Source of the DNA: Alphaproteobacteria bacterium
GTDB taxonomy: Bacteria; Pseudomonadota; Alphaproteobacteria; GCA-2731375
Direction: 5' to 3'
Length of the DNA: 64,000 bases
NCBI GenBank assembly: GCA_965232515.1
Contig: CBDDPY010000002.1
Location: 4,608,001 to 4,672,000, forward strand
Shown here: piece by piece, positions 1 through 9,952 of the stretch
How positions within the stretch are numbered: position 1 is the stretch's first letter
How the letters are laid out: the number at the start of each line of letters is the position of its first letter
Position numbers and translations under genes: made by a program
The notes under the pieces: generated by a model
Databases searched by the model: none
What the model was told of the DNA's origin: nothing
What the model saw: the letters and a program-made list of their open reading frames with translations, nothing else

Positions 1-483
1 GCCCGGCGCCGGTTCGAAGCGCGCCTCGCCGAGGATGACGCTGTCGCCCGCGCCGTCGCCGCATGGCAGGAACGGCTCTCGCCACTGTCCGATCCGGAGG
101 TCGAGACACCGCCGCCGCCGGAGGTCTGGACGAAGATCCGGCGCCGTCTTGCCGACGATGGCGCCGAACCGCCGATGCGGACGATCAGGGCCGGCGGCGG
201 CGCCTGGCAAGCTTACGCCCCCGGCATTGCCAAGAAGCCGCTGCATATCGATCCGGAGGCCGGCATGCAGTCGTTTCTGCTGCGCTTGGATCCGGGCGCG
301 GTGGCCGACGCGCACGACCATCCGGCGGACGAGGAATGCCTGGTGCTGGAGGGCGAGCTGGTGATCGGCGATCTCGTCCTGCGCGCGGGCGACTACCACC
401 TAGCGCCGAAAGGCGTGCCGCACAAGGCGTTGGAGGCGCCCACCGGCGCCCTGCTGTTCGTACGCGCCGCGTTGCCGGCCTAA
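1..483 (+). CDS. ChrR-like cupin anti-sigma factor (5' end lies outside the window)
   Basis: Frame 1 is open from base 1 (ARRRFEARL...WQERLSPL...PPPEVW) into a cupin with [14 protein letters not shown] and [11 protein letters not shown] motifs. Confidence 0.75.
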   Translation, partial: ARRRFEARLAEDDAVARAVAAWQERLSPLSDPEVETPPPPEVWTKIRRRLADDGAEPPMRTIRAGGGAWQAYAPGIAKKPLHIDPEAGMQSFLLRLDPGAVADAHDHPADEECLVLEGELVIGDLVLRAGDYHLAPKGVPHKALEAPTGALLFVRAALPA

Positions 484-1346
484 CCCCAGGGGCCGCTGGC
501 CGCGCCGGCCGGCTGGCCGGCCATCTCGCGCAGGCGGGCGACGCGATTGGCCGTGTTCGGATGGGTCGAGAACAGGCTGTCGACGCTGTGCGCGTGCAGC
601 GGATTGACGATGAACATATGCGCGGTCGCGGGGTTGTTCTCGGCCGGAATGTTGTCGATCCGCCGCGCGCCCTGCTCCAGCTTCTGCAGCGCGCTCGCCA
701 GCCACAGCGGCCGGCCGCAGATCTCGGCGCCGATGCGGTCGGCCTCGTATTCGCGCGTCCGGCTGATCGCCATCTGCACCAGGGCGGCGGCCAGCGGCGC
801 CAGGATCATCAGCGCGATGGTGCCGATCAGGCCCAGCGGATTGTTGCGGTTGCCGCCGAAAAAAATGGCGAAGTTCGCCAGCATGCCGACGGCGCCGGCG
901 ATCGTCGCCGTGATCGTCATGATCAGCGTGTCGCGGTTCTTGATATGCGCCAGCTCGTGCGCGATCACGCCCGCCAGCTCGTCCGAGGTCAGCATCCGCA
1001 GCAGGCCGCGCGTCACCGCCACCGCCCCGTTCTCCGGGTTGCGGCCCGTGGCGAACGCGTTCGGCTGCTCGGTCTCGATCAGATAGACCTTCGGCATCGG
1101 CAGGCCGGCGTTGCGCGCCAGGCTCTCGACCATGGCGACGAGCTGCGGCGCCGAGCGGGCATCGACCTCGCGCGCGCCGTGCATGCGCAGCGCCATCTTG
1201 TCGGAATTCCAGTAGGCGTAGAGGTTCATGCCGCCGGCGATCAGCAGCGCGATCAGCATGCCGCCCGTGCCGCCCAGCATATAGCCGATGGCCAGGAACA
1301 GGCCGGTCATGGCCGCCATCAACAGGGCCGTCCTGGCATAGTTCAT
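480..1346 (-). CDS. htpX: Zinc metalloprotease HtpX (M48B)
   Basis: [10 protein letters not shown]-terminus, [16 protein letters not shown] zinc motif, [15 protein letters not shown]; likely start ATG at 1346. Confidence 0.95.
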   Translation of the reverse strand: MNYARTALLMAAMTGLFLAIGYMLGGTGGMLIALLIAGGMNLYAYWNSDKMALRMHGAREVDARSAPQLVAMVESLARNAGLPMPKVYLIETEQPNAFATGRNPENGAVAVTRGLLRMLTSDELAGVIAHELAHIKNRDTLIMTITATIAGAVGMLANFAIFFGGNRNNPLGLIGTIALMILAPLAAALVQMAISRTREYEADRIGAEICGRPLWLASALQKLEQGARRIDNIPAENNPATAHMFIVNPLHAHSVDSLFSTHPNTANRVARLREMAGQPAGAASGPWG

Positions 1347-1478
1347 TTTGTGCGCATGGCTCCTCTGCGTCGCGCCGCGCTGGATTTCGGGGCGCTGGCT
1401 GATATGTAATGGGGGCAGGAGAACGATCAAGCAACGCCCGTCGCGGGACCGCGGCGGAAAATCGAAGGACTAATCCGG

Positions 1479-1646
1479 ATGAGCGACAAAGCGACAACGA
1501 CCGACGAGTCGCCGGCCGAACCGTCGTCCGACAACAAGCCGGATGCCGAAAAGGCGAAAAAACCGGTCGAGATCGGCGGCCGCAAAGGCCCCGAGCCGAC
1601 CCGCTACGGCGATTGGGAAGTCAAGGGCATCTGCACCGACTTCTAG
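1479..1646 (+). CDS. DUF1674 / succinate dehydrogenase assembly factor 4-like small protein (55 aa)
   Basis: Manual translation ends EIGGRKGPEPTRYGDWEVKGICTDF*, the DUF1674 signature; divergent from htpX; absent from the ORF track. Confidence 0.92.
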   Translation: MSDKATTTDESPAEPSSDNKPDAEKAKKPVEIGGRKGPEPTRYGDWEVKGICTDF

Positions 1647-1658
1647 GCCCAAGACGGC

Positions 1659-2414
1659 TCAGCGCAGCAGGCCGTAGAGCGCCACCACGGCCAGGAACGT
1701 CAATGCGACACGGCGGTAGAGCCGCTCGCTCGATTCCCGGAACAGCTGGCTGCCCAGCCAGGCCGCGAACATGAACGGCGGCGTCAGCACGATGGAACGC
1801 CAGATGCCGGTTTCGCCCACCAGGCCGGCTGTGAACAACACGATCAGCAGGAAGATCTCGGTTATGCCGAAATAGCAGATGATGTTGGCGCGGTTGGTGC
1901 GGGCCTTGTCCTGGCCGGCCAGCATATAGGTCAGCACCGGCGGTCCGCCCATGCTGGTGGTCGCCATCATCGTGCCCGAGACCAGACCCAGCCCAAGCGT
2001 GATCGGCAGCCTTTTCTCGCCGGCATAGCGCCAGCCCGAGATCAGGAACAGCACGAAGGCCAGCACGACACCGGCGACCAGGCGCGACAACAACGCCGGA
2101 TCGATGGTCAGCAGGATATAGCTGCCGAACGGCATGGCGAGGCCTGCGGCGAGACCCATGGGGCCGACGAAACGCCATTGCGCGTCCCGCACCGCGCCGG
2201 GGAACAGCTGAACGGTCACGCCCAGCTCCATCAGCATGATCATCACCACCATCTCGGCCGGCCCGAACAGGATGGCGAAAACCGGCGCCATGGCCATGGC
2301 GGAACCGAAACCGGCAAATCCGCGCATCAGGCCGGCGACGACGGTGACGGCGCCGGCGATCGCCAGGTCGATATCGAACAGCGATGGATCGGGTAGCAAA
2401 CTCTCGGCAAACAT
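1659..2414 (-). CDS. TauE/SafE family sulfite exporter (TSUP) membrane protein
   Basis: AGLMRGFAGFGSA and SMGGPPV motifs, multiple transmembrane segments. Confidence 0.88.
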   Translation of the reverse strand: MFAESLLPDPSLFDIDLAIAGAVTVVAGLMRGFAGFGSAMAMAPVFAILFGPAEMVVMIMLMELGVTVQLFPGAVRDAQWRFVGPMGLAAGLAMPFGSYILLTIDPALLSRLVAGVVLAFVLFLISGWRYAGEKRLPITLGLGLVSGTMMATTSMGGPPVLTYMLAGQDKARTNRANIICYFGITEIFLLIVLFTAGLVGETGIWRSIVLTPPFMFAAWLGSQLFRESSERLYRRVALTFLAVVALYGLLR

Positions 2415-2559
2415 TCCGCGCCGTACCAGCCGCCACCCGGCCGGTCAACCCGTGCCCGCGCATGCCTGCACTGCGGCCCATGCCGACGCCGTGCTTGCCC
2501 TCGCGCGGGCGGCGCGCCATGGTGGCGGCCGTTTGGGTTTAGGCGGTTCGAGGCGCGAG

Positions 2560-2973
2560 ATGGAAGCGGTTCTGCAGAGTTTCCTGGCAGGTTTCCCGGT
2601 TCTGATGCTGCATTCCAGCGTGACGCTGGCGATGCTGGTGGCGGGCGTGCTGGTCTACACGGTGCTGACCCCGCACAAGGACTTCGCGCTCGTGCGTCAG
2701 GGCAACACCGCCGCAGCGATTTCGCTGTCGGGCGCCATTGTCGGGCTGGCGCTGCCGCTGGCGGCCTGCATGGCGGCGAGCGTCAGCGTTTACGACATCA
2801 TCATCTGGGGTGTGGTGACGCTGGTGCTGCAGATCCTGGCCTTCCGCATCACCGATCTGTTGCTGCGCGACCTGCCGCGCCGGATCGAGGCCGGCGAGAT
2901 CGGCCCAGCCCTGCTGCTGGTGGCGATCAAGCTGGCGGTCGCCGCCATTAACGCGGCCGCCGTTTCCGGCTGA
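2560..2973 (+). CDS. DUF350 (YjfL-like) membrane protein
   Basis: YTVLTPHKDFALVRQGNTAAAISLSG...AINAAAVSG; start ATG at 2560. Confidence 0.85.
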   Translation: MEAVLQSFLAGFPVLMLHSSVTLAMLVAGVLVYTVLTPHKDFALVRQGNTAAAISLSGAIVGLALPLAACMAASVSVYDIIIWGVVTLVLQILAFRITDLLLRDLPRRIEAGEIGPALLLVAIKLAVAAINAAAVSG

Positions 2974-3001
2974 CGCGGCAGCCTGTCACCGGCGCGGCGC
3001 C

Positions 3002-3895
3002 ATGAATCGCCTCCTCAACGGTCTGGTCTATGTGCTGACCGTGGCCGTGATCATCTACAGCGTGCTGATCCGCGATAGCGACCCGCCCGACGATTTGGGG
3101 CCGTCTTTCGATTCGCGACGGCCCGCGCCCCAGGCATATGTGCCGCCGGCCGTTCAGCCAGAACGTCGCGGCGACCTGCCGTCGCCCAGCCGGCGCGATC
3201 CCGAGGTCGTCGTCGAGGTCGGCGAGAAGCGTCCCAGCAGCGGCACGGCCTTCTCCATCGGCGGCCCTGGCGTTTGGATGACGGCGCGTCACGTCGTCGA
3301 CGGCTGCAGCGATATCTACCTCCTGACCGGCGAGCGGCGCGGCGTGCGCGTGCGCGATGTCAAGCTGCACCGCAATGCCGATCTCGCCGTGCTGTTCACC
3401 CGTGGCGGCGTCGATTCACTGCCATTGGCGGCAGGCGGCCTCGATGTCGGCCAGGACGGCTTCGCACCGGGTTATCCCCAGGGCAAGCCGGCCGATCTGC
3501 ACGCGCGCCTGCTCGGCCGCAGCCGCCTGCGCTCGGTCGGTCGCTACAGCACCAACGAACCGGCCATCACTTGGGCCGAACAGCGCCGCGCGCCGGCCTT
3601 CCAGGGCTCGCTCGGCGGACTCAGCGGCGGCCCGATGCTGGACGCCAGCGGTGCGTTGATCGGCGTCGTCGTTGCCGAATCCCGGCGTCGCGGGCGGGTG
3701 ACCTCGGCCGCCCCGGTCTCGATCCGCAACCTTCTGGCCGACCTCGGCGTCACGCCCGCGGTCGCCGGCCCGTCGCCACAACCGGTTTTGACGTCCGGCA
3801 ACTTCGCCAACCGCGGTCAGTCGCTGCGGCAGTCGCTGACCGTCTCCAAGGTGGTTTGTCGCGTTGCCCGTTCGGCCCGGCGGCCACGGCTCTGA
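3002..3895 (+). CDS. Membrane-anchored trypsin-like serine protease
   Basis: Catalytic triad motifs TARHVV, ADLAVL, GLSGGP; N-terminal TM segment. Confidence 0.85.
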   Translation: MNRLLNGLVYVLTVAVIIYSVLIRDSDPPDDLGPSFDSRRPAPQAYVPPAVQPERRGDLPSPSRRDPEVVVEVGEKRPSSGTAFSIGGPGVWMTARHVVDGCSDIYLLTGERRGVRVRDVKLHRNADLAVLFTRGGVDSLPLAAGGLDVGQDGFAPGYPQGKPADLHARLLGRSRLRSVGRYSTNEPAITWAEQRRAPAFQGSLGGLSGGPMLDASGALIGVVVAESRRRGRVTSAAPVSIRNLLADLGVTPAVAGPSPQPVLTSGNFANRGQSLRQSLTVSKVVCRVARSARRPRL

Positions 3896-3908
3896 GCGCT
3901 GCCGCGTA

Positions 3909-4553
3909 TCAGTCGGGCTCGGTCATCGCGGCCTCGACGAGATCCGCCATTGCCAGACTGTTGCCGTCACCCTGGGCGCGCAGGCCGTTGATGACGCCGC
4001 GGCGGTCGTGCTCGACCCGGTTCTGCGACATCTTCCATTTGCCCTCGATGCGCGTCAGCTCGATTTCGATGCCGATAATGCCGCGGGCCAGGCCGTCGAT
4101 GAAGTCCCGCGGCGCGTCGTCGATCTTCCACGGCAGGTGATAGGGGCTTTCCAGCCGGTCGGTCAGCGCTGCGAGATGCGCCAGCAGGCGGTCCGGTTCC
4201 GTGAAGGTCTTGGCCCGGCCATAGGCATGCACCGCCACATAATTCCAGGTCGGCACGACCTTGCCGGTCCGGTGCTTGGTCGGATACCAGGATGGCGTGA
4301 TGTAGCCCTGCGGTCCCTGAAAGATCAGCAACAGCTCGCGGTCGTCCGCAAGCGCCGCGCCGAACGGGTTCGGCTTGGCGAAATGGCAACGGATGGTGCC
4401 GTGCGGCGCCGGCTGGGGATCGAGCTCCACCGGCAGGTGGCTGGCGATCAGGCCGTCGGGTCCGTCGGTGACGATCGCGGCCGCACCGATCTCCCGCATG
4501 GTCGCGTGCAGCATCTCGATCCGCTCCTCGCGGAAGGCGCGCGGGACATACAT
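3909..4553 (-). CDS. paiB: PaiB-like FMN-binding protein
   Basis: MYVPRAF, YITPSWY, VPTWNYVAVHAYG, GKWKMSQNR. Confidence 0.9.
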   Translation of the reverse strand: MYVPRAFREERIEMLHATMREIGAAAIVTDGPDGLIASHLPVELDPQPAPHGTIRCHFAKPNPFGAALADDRELLLIFQGPQGYITPSWYPTKHRTGKVVPTWNYVAVHAYGRAKTFTEPDRLLAHLAALTDRLESPYHLPWKIDDAPRDFIDGLARGIIGIEIELTRIEGKWKMSQNRVEHDRRGVINGLRAQGDGNSLAMADLVEAAMTEPD

Positions 4554-4556
4554 CTG

Positions 4557-5039
4557 TCAATCTCCTTCCTGCGGCAGCAGGTATTCGTAAAGCGGCAGAC
4601 GCCGGCCGGGGATGGCGTCCGACGGTGCATCGCCGATGCCGACCGCGCCCATGCGTTCGTAGAACGGCGCCGCGTTCGGGTCGGCCAGAATTTCCAGCCG
4701 CCGGGCGTCTCGGGCACGCAGCCAGTCAAGGACGCCGTCGAACAAAAGTCGGCCGACCCCCCGGCCCATCGCTTCCGGCGCGACGAACATCAACGCCAAT
4801 TCGTACTGTGCGTCTACCGGCAGAACTTCAAGGCTGGCGACGCCCAGCAATTGGCCGTCAATATCGTCGGCCACCAACACGCGTCCATCGGCGATCATTT
4901 CGGGCGTGACGCTCAGGCCGGGAAGCGACAGCCGCATGAACTCGGCGTCGTAGCCCCAATGCGCCTTCGAACGAACGCAGAGTTGCGTCAGGACATCGGC
5001 CTCGTCTGCGTTCGGCGTGCGGATGCGGATGGTCGACAT
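4557..5039 (-). CDS. GNAT acetyltransferase
   Basis: SKAHWGY, FVAPEAMGRGVGR, ADPNAAPFYERMG; start ATG at 5039. Confidence 0.88.
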   Translation of the reverse strand: MSTIRIRTPNADEADVLTQLCVRSKAHWGYDAEFMRLSLPGLSVTPEMIADGRVLVADDIDGQLLGVASLEVLPVDAQYELALMFVAPEAMGRGVGRLLFDGVLDWLRARDARRLEILADPNAAPFYERMGAVGIGDAPSDAIPGRRLPLYEYLLPQEGD

Positions 5040-5061
5040 GGCAGGGCGATACCCCATGGCC

Positions 5062-5634
5062 TCAGGCCGGATTGCCTGCCAGCCAGGCAATGACGTCAGC
5101 GGCGTTCCGGTCGGGCGGGAACACTGGATAGAACACATGCTCGATCGCGCCATCGCGCAGGATCATCGTCAGGCGTTTCATCAGCGTCATGCCGGCAGCC
5201 TCGAATGTCGGTAGGTGCAGGGCTGACGTCAACGTCAGCCGTTCATCCGACAACAGCGGAAACGGCAGATGCAGACGTTCGGCGGCGTCCCGTTGAAAAT
5301 CCGTCGGCTGCGTCGACAGGCCGAACAGGTGTGCCACGCCCGCGTCGGTCAACTCGGCATGATGGTCGCGAAAGGCGCAGGCCTGCGGCGTGCAGCCACG
5401 GGCGCCGGGGATCATGTCCCAATCGTCCGGACGCGCGGGGTCGTCGCCGGGCAGGCCGGTGCGCGGATAGGCATAGACGACAGTGCGGCCAGTTAACGCC
5501 GACAGGTCGACCATGCCGCTGTCCGTGGCCGGCAGCGTGACCGACGGCAACCGTCGGCCGGCCAGATGCCGCGCGCCGCCATCGTCTTCGGGCGCCGGTA
5601 TCTTTGACCAGTCGACAGTCAGCAGGTCCGTCAT
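5062..5634 (-). CDS. Peroxiredoxin (BCP/redoxin family)
   Basis: YAYPRTG...WDMIPGARGCTPQACAFRDH, FYPVFPPD. Confidence 0.9.
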   Translation of the reverse strand: MTDLLTVDWSKIPAPEDDGGARHLAGRRLPSVTLPATDSGMVDLSALTGRTVVYAYPRTGLPGDDPARPDDWDMIPGARGCTPQACAFRDHHAELTDAGVAHLFGLSTQPTDFQRDAAERLHLPFPLLSDERLTLTSALHLPTFEAAGMTLMKRLTMILRDGAIEHVFYPVFPPDRNAADVIAWLAGNPA

Positions 5635-5661
5635 GCGATTCTCCCGTCGCGGGCGGGCAGC

Positions 5662-6318
5662 CTAGCCGACGCGGAACTTCGCCAGATAGTCCGGCGGCTC
5701 GATGCCGGGCGTCAGGCGCGGATCGGGGATCGGCGCGCCGACCGTCTGCGTCACCGGGATCACGCCGGCCCAGCAGGGCAGCGCGTAGTCTTCCTCGTCG
5801 TCGGCCGGCGGCCCGGTGCGGATCTTCGCCACCGCCTCTTCGATTTCCATGCCGACCACGGTGGTCGCCTTGATCTCCTGCCCGTTCGGCGGCCGCATCT
5901 CGGCCCAGTGGCCGGGCACGATGCCCTCGACGAACTCCTCCAGCGCCGCGGTCTTCTCGGCATCGTCGGTGATCGCGTGCGCGGTGCCGAAGGCCATGAC
6001 CGAGCGGTAATTCACGCTGCAATGGAAGCCCGAGCGTGCCAGCACCAGACCGTCCATCAGCGCAACCGTCACGCAGGCCGGCACGCCTTCCTTCACCGTG
6101 CGCAGCATGCGGCTCGCCGACGAGCCATGCCAATAGAGCCGCGTGCCGACGCGCCAATGCAGGGTCGGCGTCACGTAGGGTTGGCCGTCAATGACATAGC
6201 CGACATGACAGAACGTGGCGGCATCGATGACGGTGTGTACCGTCTCATGATCGTAATGACCCCGCTCGTGCAGCCGCTTCACCCGTGACCGTTCGCTGGC
6301 CGTATAGCCGTCCGGCAT
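5662..6318 (-). CDS. Pyridoxamine 5'-phosphate oxidase-like / NimA flavin-binding protein
   Basis: LYWHGSSASRM, DGLVLARSGFHCSVNYRSV, AKIRTGPP, WAGVIP; start ATG at 6318. Confidence 0.88.
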   Translation of the reverse strand: MPDGYTASERSRVKRLHERGHYDHETVHTVIDAATFCHVGYVIDGQPYVTPTLHWRVGTRLYWHGSSASRMLRTVKEGVPACVTVALMDGLVLARSGFHCSVNYRSVMAFGTAHAITDDAEKTAALEEFVEGIVPGHWAEMRPPNGQEIKATTVVGMEIEEAVAKIRTGPPADDEEDYALPCWAGVIPVTQTVGAPIPDPRLTPGIEPPDYLAKFRVG

Positions 6319-6362
6319 CTCGCTTCTCCATTTCCTCAGTGCGCTGTCTTGCCTATAGGCGT

Positions 6363-6411
6363 GAATTGGCTTGGCCAAAAGAGCCAATTCGAAGAAAATC
6401 ATGGGGCCAAT
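6363..6411. promoter_or_regulatory. Probable MocR-family operator (inverted plus direct GCCAAT repeats)
   Basis: GAATTGGCT (6363-6371) and AGCCAATTC (6382-6390) form a perfect inverted repeat, with a third GCCAAT at 6406-6411, in the divergent gap next to a MocR gene. Confidence 0.6.
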
Positions 6412-6425
6412 CCGGAGAAGGTCAG

Positions 6426-7907
6426 ATGGTTGCGAAAACGCTGCGCGGCACGCTGCTGCCGTTGGGGATCGACCGGCGGACGGACGTACCGCTGCAACGC
6501 CAGATCTATGACGATCTCAGGCGGCTGATCCTCGACCGTCGGCTGGCGCCGGCAACGCGGCTGCCGTCGACCCGGGCGCTGGCCCACGACCTGGCGGTCT
6601 CGCGCAACACCGTGCTTGCGGCCTTCGAACAACTGTTGGCCGAAGGCTATCTGTCCGGCCGGCAGGGCGCCGGCACATACGTCTCGGCCGAGCTGCCGGA
6701 TGCCGCGCCTTTGACGGCAGAGGCATCGCCGGCCGTCGCCAGGCCGCGACGGCGTGGGCTGTCGCGCCGCGGCACGACGCTGGCCGGGATCGCCGGCAGC
6801 CATCGGGGCAGCCGCGGGCCATTCGCCCTCGGTCTGCCGGCGGTCGACGACTTTCCCTTCGCGGTCTGGAGCCGCCTGCTGGCGCGTGCCTGGCGGTCGC
6901 CGGGCGGGTACGCGGGGCACGGCGATCCGGCCGGCCACCTGCCGCTGCGCGCGGCGATCGCCGATTATCTCCGAGCCGCGCGCGCGGTGCGTTGCACGGC
7001 CGAACAGGTGGTGATCGTCGCCGGCGCCCAGCAGGCGGTCGCGCTCGCGGCGCAGATCCTGCTCGATCCGGGCGACGAAGCCCTGATCGAGGAGCCGGGT
7101 TATGCCGGCCTGCGCGGAGCGCTGACGGCGGCCGGTCTGCGCGTAACGCCGGTGCCGGTCGATCCCGAAGGCATCGACATCGACCGCGGCGCCGTCCTGG
7201 CGCCCGCCGCGCGCTTCGTCTGCGTCGCGCCGTCGCACCAGTATCCGCTCGGCATGACCATGAGCCTGGCGCGCCGCCTGGCGCTGATCGACTGGGCCCG
7301 GCGGCAGGATGCCTGGATTGTCGAAGACGACTACGACAGCGAGTACCGCTATGCCGGCCGGCCGCTGGCGGCGCTGCAGGGGTTGGATGAGACCGGCCGC
7401 GTGCTCTATGTCGGCAGCTTTTCCAAGGTGCTGTTCCCGACGTTGCGGCTCGGTTATGTCGTCGTGCCGGAAGATCTGCTGGCGGCATTCTGCCGGGCCC
7501 GGGCGGCGCTCGATGATCATCCCTCCATGCTGGCTCAGCCGGCGCTGGCGCAGTTTTTCGCCGAGGGCCATTTCGCCGCCCACGTCCGGCGCATGCGCCG
7601 GCTCTATGCCGGCCGTCAGGAGGCGTTGCTCGCCGCGGCGTCGCGCCATCTCGACGGCCTGCTGGAGCTGTCGCCGGACGAGGCCGGCATGCACCTGCTG
7701 GCGCGTCTGTCGCCGGCGCTTGCGGCGTGCATGGACGATCGTGCCGTCGCCGCGCGACTGGCGGCAGCCGGCGTCATCGCGACGCCGCTCAGCGATTACT
7801 ACGACGGGCCGCCCGACCGCCAGGGCCTGTTGCTGGGCTACACCGCCTTCGACGAGCGCGCCATCGAGGACGCCGCCGTGCAGGCGCGCGACGCCCTGTC
7901 GGCCTGA
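6426..7907 (+). CDS. GntR/MocR family regulator with PLP-dependent aminotransferase domain
   Basis: RLPSTRALAHDLAVSRNTV HTH; APSHQYPLG, EDDYDSEYRY, GSFSKVLFPTLRLGY. Confidence 0.93.
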   Translation: MVAKTLRGTLLPLGIDRRTDVPLQRQIYDDLRRLILDRRLAPATRLPSTRALAHDLAVSRNTVLAAFEQLLAEGYLSGRQGAGTYVSAELPDAAPLTAEASPAVARPRRRGLSRRGTTLAGIAGSHRGSRGPFALGLPAVDDFPFAVWSRLLARAWRSPGGYAGHGDPAGHLPLRAAIADYLRAARAVRCTAEQVVIVAGAQQAVALAAQILLDPGDEALIEEPGYAGLRGALTAAGLRVTPVPVDPEGIDIDRGAVLAPAARFVCVAPSHQYPLGMTMSLARRLALIDWARRQDAWIVEDDYDSEYRYAGRPLAALQGLDETGRVLYVGSFSKVLFPTLRLGYVVVPEDLLAAFCRARAALDDHPSMLAQPALAQFFAEGHFAAHVRRMRRLYAGRQEALLAAASRHLDGLLELSPDEAGMHLLARLSPALAACMDDRAVAARLAAAGVIATPLSDYYDGPPDRQGLLLGYTAFDERAIEDAAVQARDALSA

Positions 7908-9055
7908 GGTCGGGCGTCGGTCCAGGTCAGGACCACTGCCACGGCGCACAGCGCCATGGCGATCAGTGTCAGCAGCGGCCAACCACCCAGCGCATAGAGC
8001 GGGCCGAAGCCGACCGTGCCGACGGTCACCGACAGATAGGTGACGGCGCTGTTCAGGCCCAGGATGGTGCCGCGTTGCGCCGGATCGATGGCCGACAGGC
8101 AGCCGATCAGCAGGTTCAGACCGAAATGATTCATGAGGCCCCAGATGAGCGCGATGCCGACGATGGCGATGTAAGACCCGCTCGCCGCCGTCAGCAGCAG
8201 GTAGACCGCGGCGATGCCGGCATAGGCGAACGGCATGACGCGCCGCGCGCCCAGGCGGTCGATCAGCGGATCGGCGAACACGGCGGCGCCGAAGCCGAGG
8301 CCGTAGGCGAGGGCAACCATGCCGCTGGCGCTGACGGCGTGCCCGAGCGCGTGATGCACATGGTCGCCGAGATAGGCATAGACGCCGTAGAACGCGGTCA
8401 TATAGGCGATGCAGACCAGCAGCAGCCGACCCACACCCGGCACGATCAGTGCCGCCAATGGAGAGGGTGCGGTCGCGACGGCCGGCGCATTGCTGCGATT
8501 CCGCGTTCGCGTCAGCGCCAGTGCCGCTACAAGAGCGAGGCCGGTGAGCGACCCGAAGACCGTGCGCCAGCCGACGAGGTCCGCCAGCACCGCCGACAAC
8601 GAGACGCCGGCCACCATGCTCAGCGTCCAGCCCGTCAATACCGCGCCCAGCACGGCGCTCTCACGTCCGGGCAGCGCCACCACCGTGGCGAAGGCATAGA
8701 TCGCCGGCAGCGCAATGCCGGCGGCAAGGCCGGCCGCGGTCTGGGCGCCGACCAGTCCCCAGACATTCGGTGTCGCCGCGCTCGCCGCGAAGGCAAGGCC
8801 CAGCAGCGCCATGGCGGCGACAAGCGCCCGCTTCACGCCAATCCGGTCGATGTGCCGGGCCAGAAACAGCGCCCCGAACGCGGTGCCCAGGCCGTAGCCG
8901 CCGCCGGCCAGCATCACCGTCGGCACCGGCGCCAGAAACGCCGCGGCGATGCCGGGCGCGATCGGACTCAGGGCCAGTGAGTTCGCGCCGATCACGGCGA
9001 TGCAGACGGTCAGGATCGGGACAACGCCGCGTTGCCCATCGCGGTTCTGAGACAT
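7838..9055 (-). CDS. MFS transporter
   Basis: About 12 hydrophobic segments, DRIGVKR and DRLGARR MFS loop motifs; its 3' end overlaps the MocR gene. Confidence 0.85.
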   Translation of the reverse strand: MSQNRDGQRGVVPILTVCIAVIGANSLALSPIAPGIAAAFLAPVPTVMLAGGGYGLGTAFGALFLARHIDRIGVKRALVAAMALLGLAFAASAATPNVWGLVGAQTAAGLAAGIALPAIYAFATVVALPGRESAVLGAVLTGWTLSMVAGVSLSAVLADLVGWRTVFGSLTGLALVAALALTRTRNRSNAPAVATAPSPLAALIVPGVGRLLLVCIAYMTAFYGVYAYLGDHVHHALGHAVSASGMVALAYGLGFGAAVFADPLIDRLGARRVMPFAYAGIAAVYLLLTAASGSYIAIVGIALIWGLMNHFGLNLLIGCLSAIDPAQRGTILGLNSAVTYLSVTVGTVGFGPLYALGGWPLLTLIAMALCAVAVVLTWTDARPQADRASRACTAASSMARSSKAV

Positions 9056-9131
9056 GGACACTACTTTGTTTGGTGTTTCGATTTATGTAATAATTGCCGA
9101 ATGTCATTCGGCTACAAGGCGAAATCACCTG

Positions 9132-9659
9132 ATGATACAAAAAACAGATGATGTTCGGGATGAACGACCGGCGGCGCGTCCTCTGGACGATGCGGACCGA
9201 AGGATATTAGGCGTGCTGGCCGAGGACGCGACCTTGAGCTACGCCCGCCTGGGCGAGCGGGTCGGCCTGTCGCCGCCGGCCGCGCACGAACGGGTCAAGC
9301 GCCTGCGCCAATCGGGCGCCATCCGCGGCACCGTCGCGCTGGTCGATCCGGAAGCCGTGGGCAAGTCGTTGCTCGCCTTCGTCCATGTCGACACAACGGG
9401 CTGGGGCAAGTCCCAGAAGCTGATGGACATCGGCGACTATCCCGAGGTCGAGGAAATCCACTCCGTTGCCGGCGATACCTGCATGCTGCTCAAGGTCCGG
9501 GCCGAGAATCCGCGCGCGCTCGAAGCCATCCTCGAACAGCTCTACGCCACCCCCGGCGTCAAGGCGACCCGCAGCTACGTCGTCCTTTCCACCTACCTCG
9601 AACGCCCACCCCAACCTGGCATCACTGCCCAATGGCCGGCCGTCATGACGCTTGAGTGA
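9132..9659 (+). CDS. Lrp/AsnC family transcriptional regulator
   Basis: LDDADRRIL...LGERVGLSPPAAHERVKRL HTH; EIHSVAGDTCMLLKV. Confidence 0.92.
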   Translation: MIQKTDDVRDERPAARPLDDADRRILGVLAEDATLSYARLGERVGLSPPAAHERVKRLRQSGAIRGTVALVDPEAVGKSLLAFVHVDTTGWGKSQKLMDIGDYPEVEEIHSVAGDTCMLLKVRAENPRALEAILEQLYATPGVKATRSYVVLSTYLERPPQPGITAQWPAVMTLE

Positions 9660-9661
9660 CG

Positions 9662-9678
9662 TTACCAATATTTGGTAA
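9662..9678. promoter_or_regulatory. Palindromic operator upstream of parD
   Basis: TTACCAA-TAT-TTGGTAA perfect inverted repeat about 30 bp before the antitoxin start. Confidence 0.6.
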
Positions 9679-9706
9679 TGTCGGGATGCGCATAGAGGAA
9701 CTTCTG

Positions 9707-9952
9707 ATGGCTAAAAACACGAGCATTGCACTCGGCGATCATTTCGAGCACTTCGTCGGTCAGCAGGTTGCTGGTGGTCAATACGGCTCGGTGAGCGAGG
9801 TCGTGCGGGCCGGCCTCCGTTTGCTTGAAGAGCGAGAGATGCGGTTGGCGGCATTGCGCCAGGCGCTTGAGGAGGGTGAGCGCAGCGGCGAGGGCGTGCC
9901 GTTCGACGTCGAAGCCTTTCTGGCCGAGCGCGCCGCTGAACAGACGGAGTGA
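9707..9952 (+). CDS. parD: ParD-type antitoxin (CC2985 family, ribbon-helix-helix)
   Basis: MAKNTSIALG...GQYGSVSEVVRAGLRLLEE...ALEEGERSG. Confidence 0.92.
   Translation: MAKNTSIALGDHFEHFVGQQVAGGQYGSVSEVVRAGLRLLEEREMRLAALRQALEEGERSGEGVPFDVEAFLAERAAEQTE

Noticed and set aside
1402-1431. Possible RpoH promoter for htpX (minus strand CTTGAT...CATATC)
   Set aside because: Plausible, but the spacing and -10 element deviate from consensus; too weak to call
7838-7907. 70-nt convergent overlap of the MFS and MocR genes
   Set aside because: Most simply a lost stop codon extending the MFS C-terminus; no evidence of function
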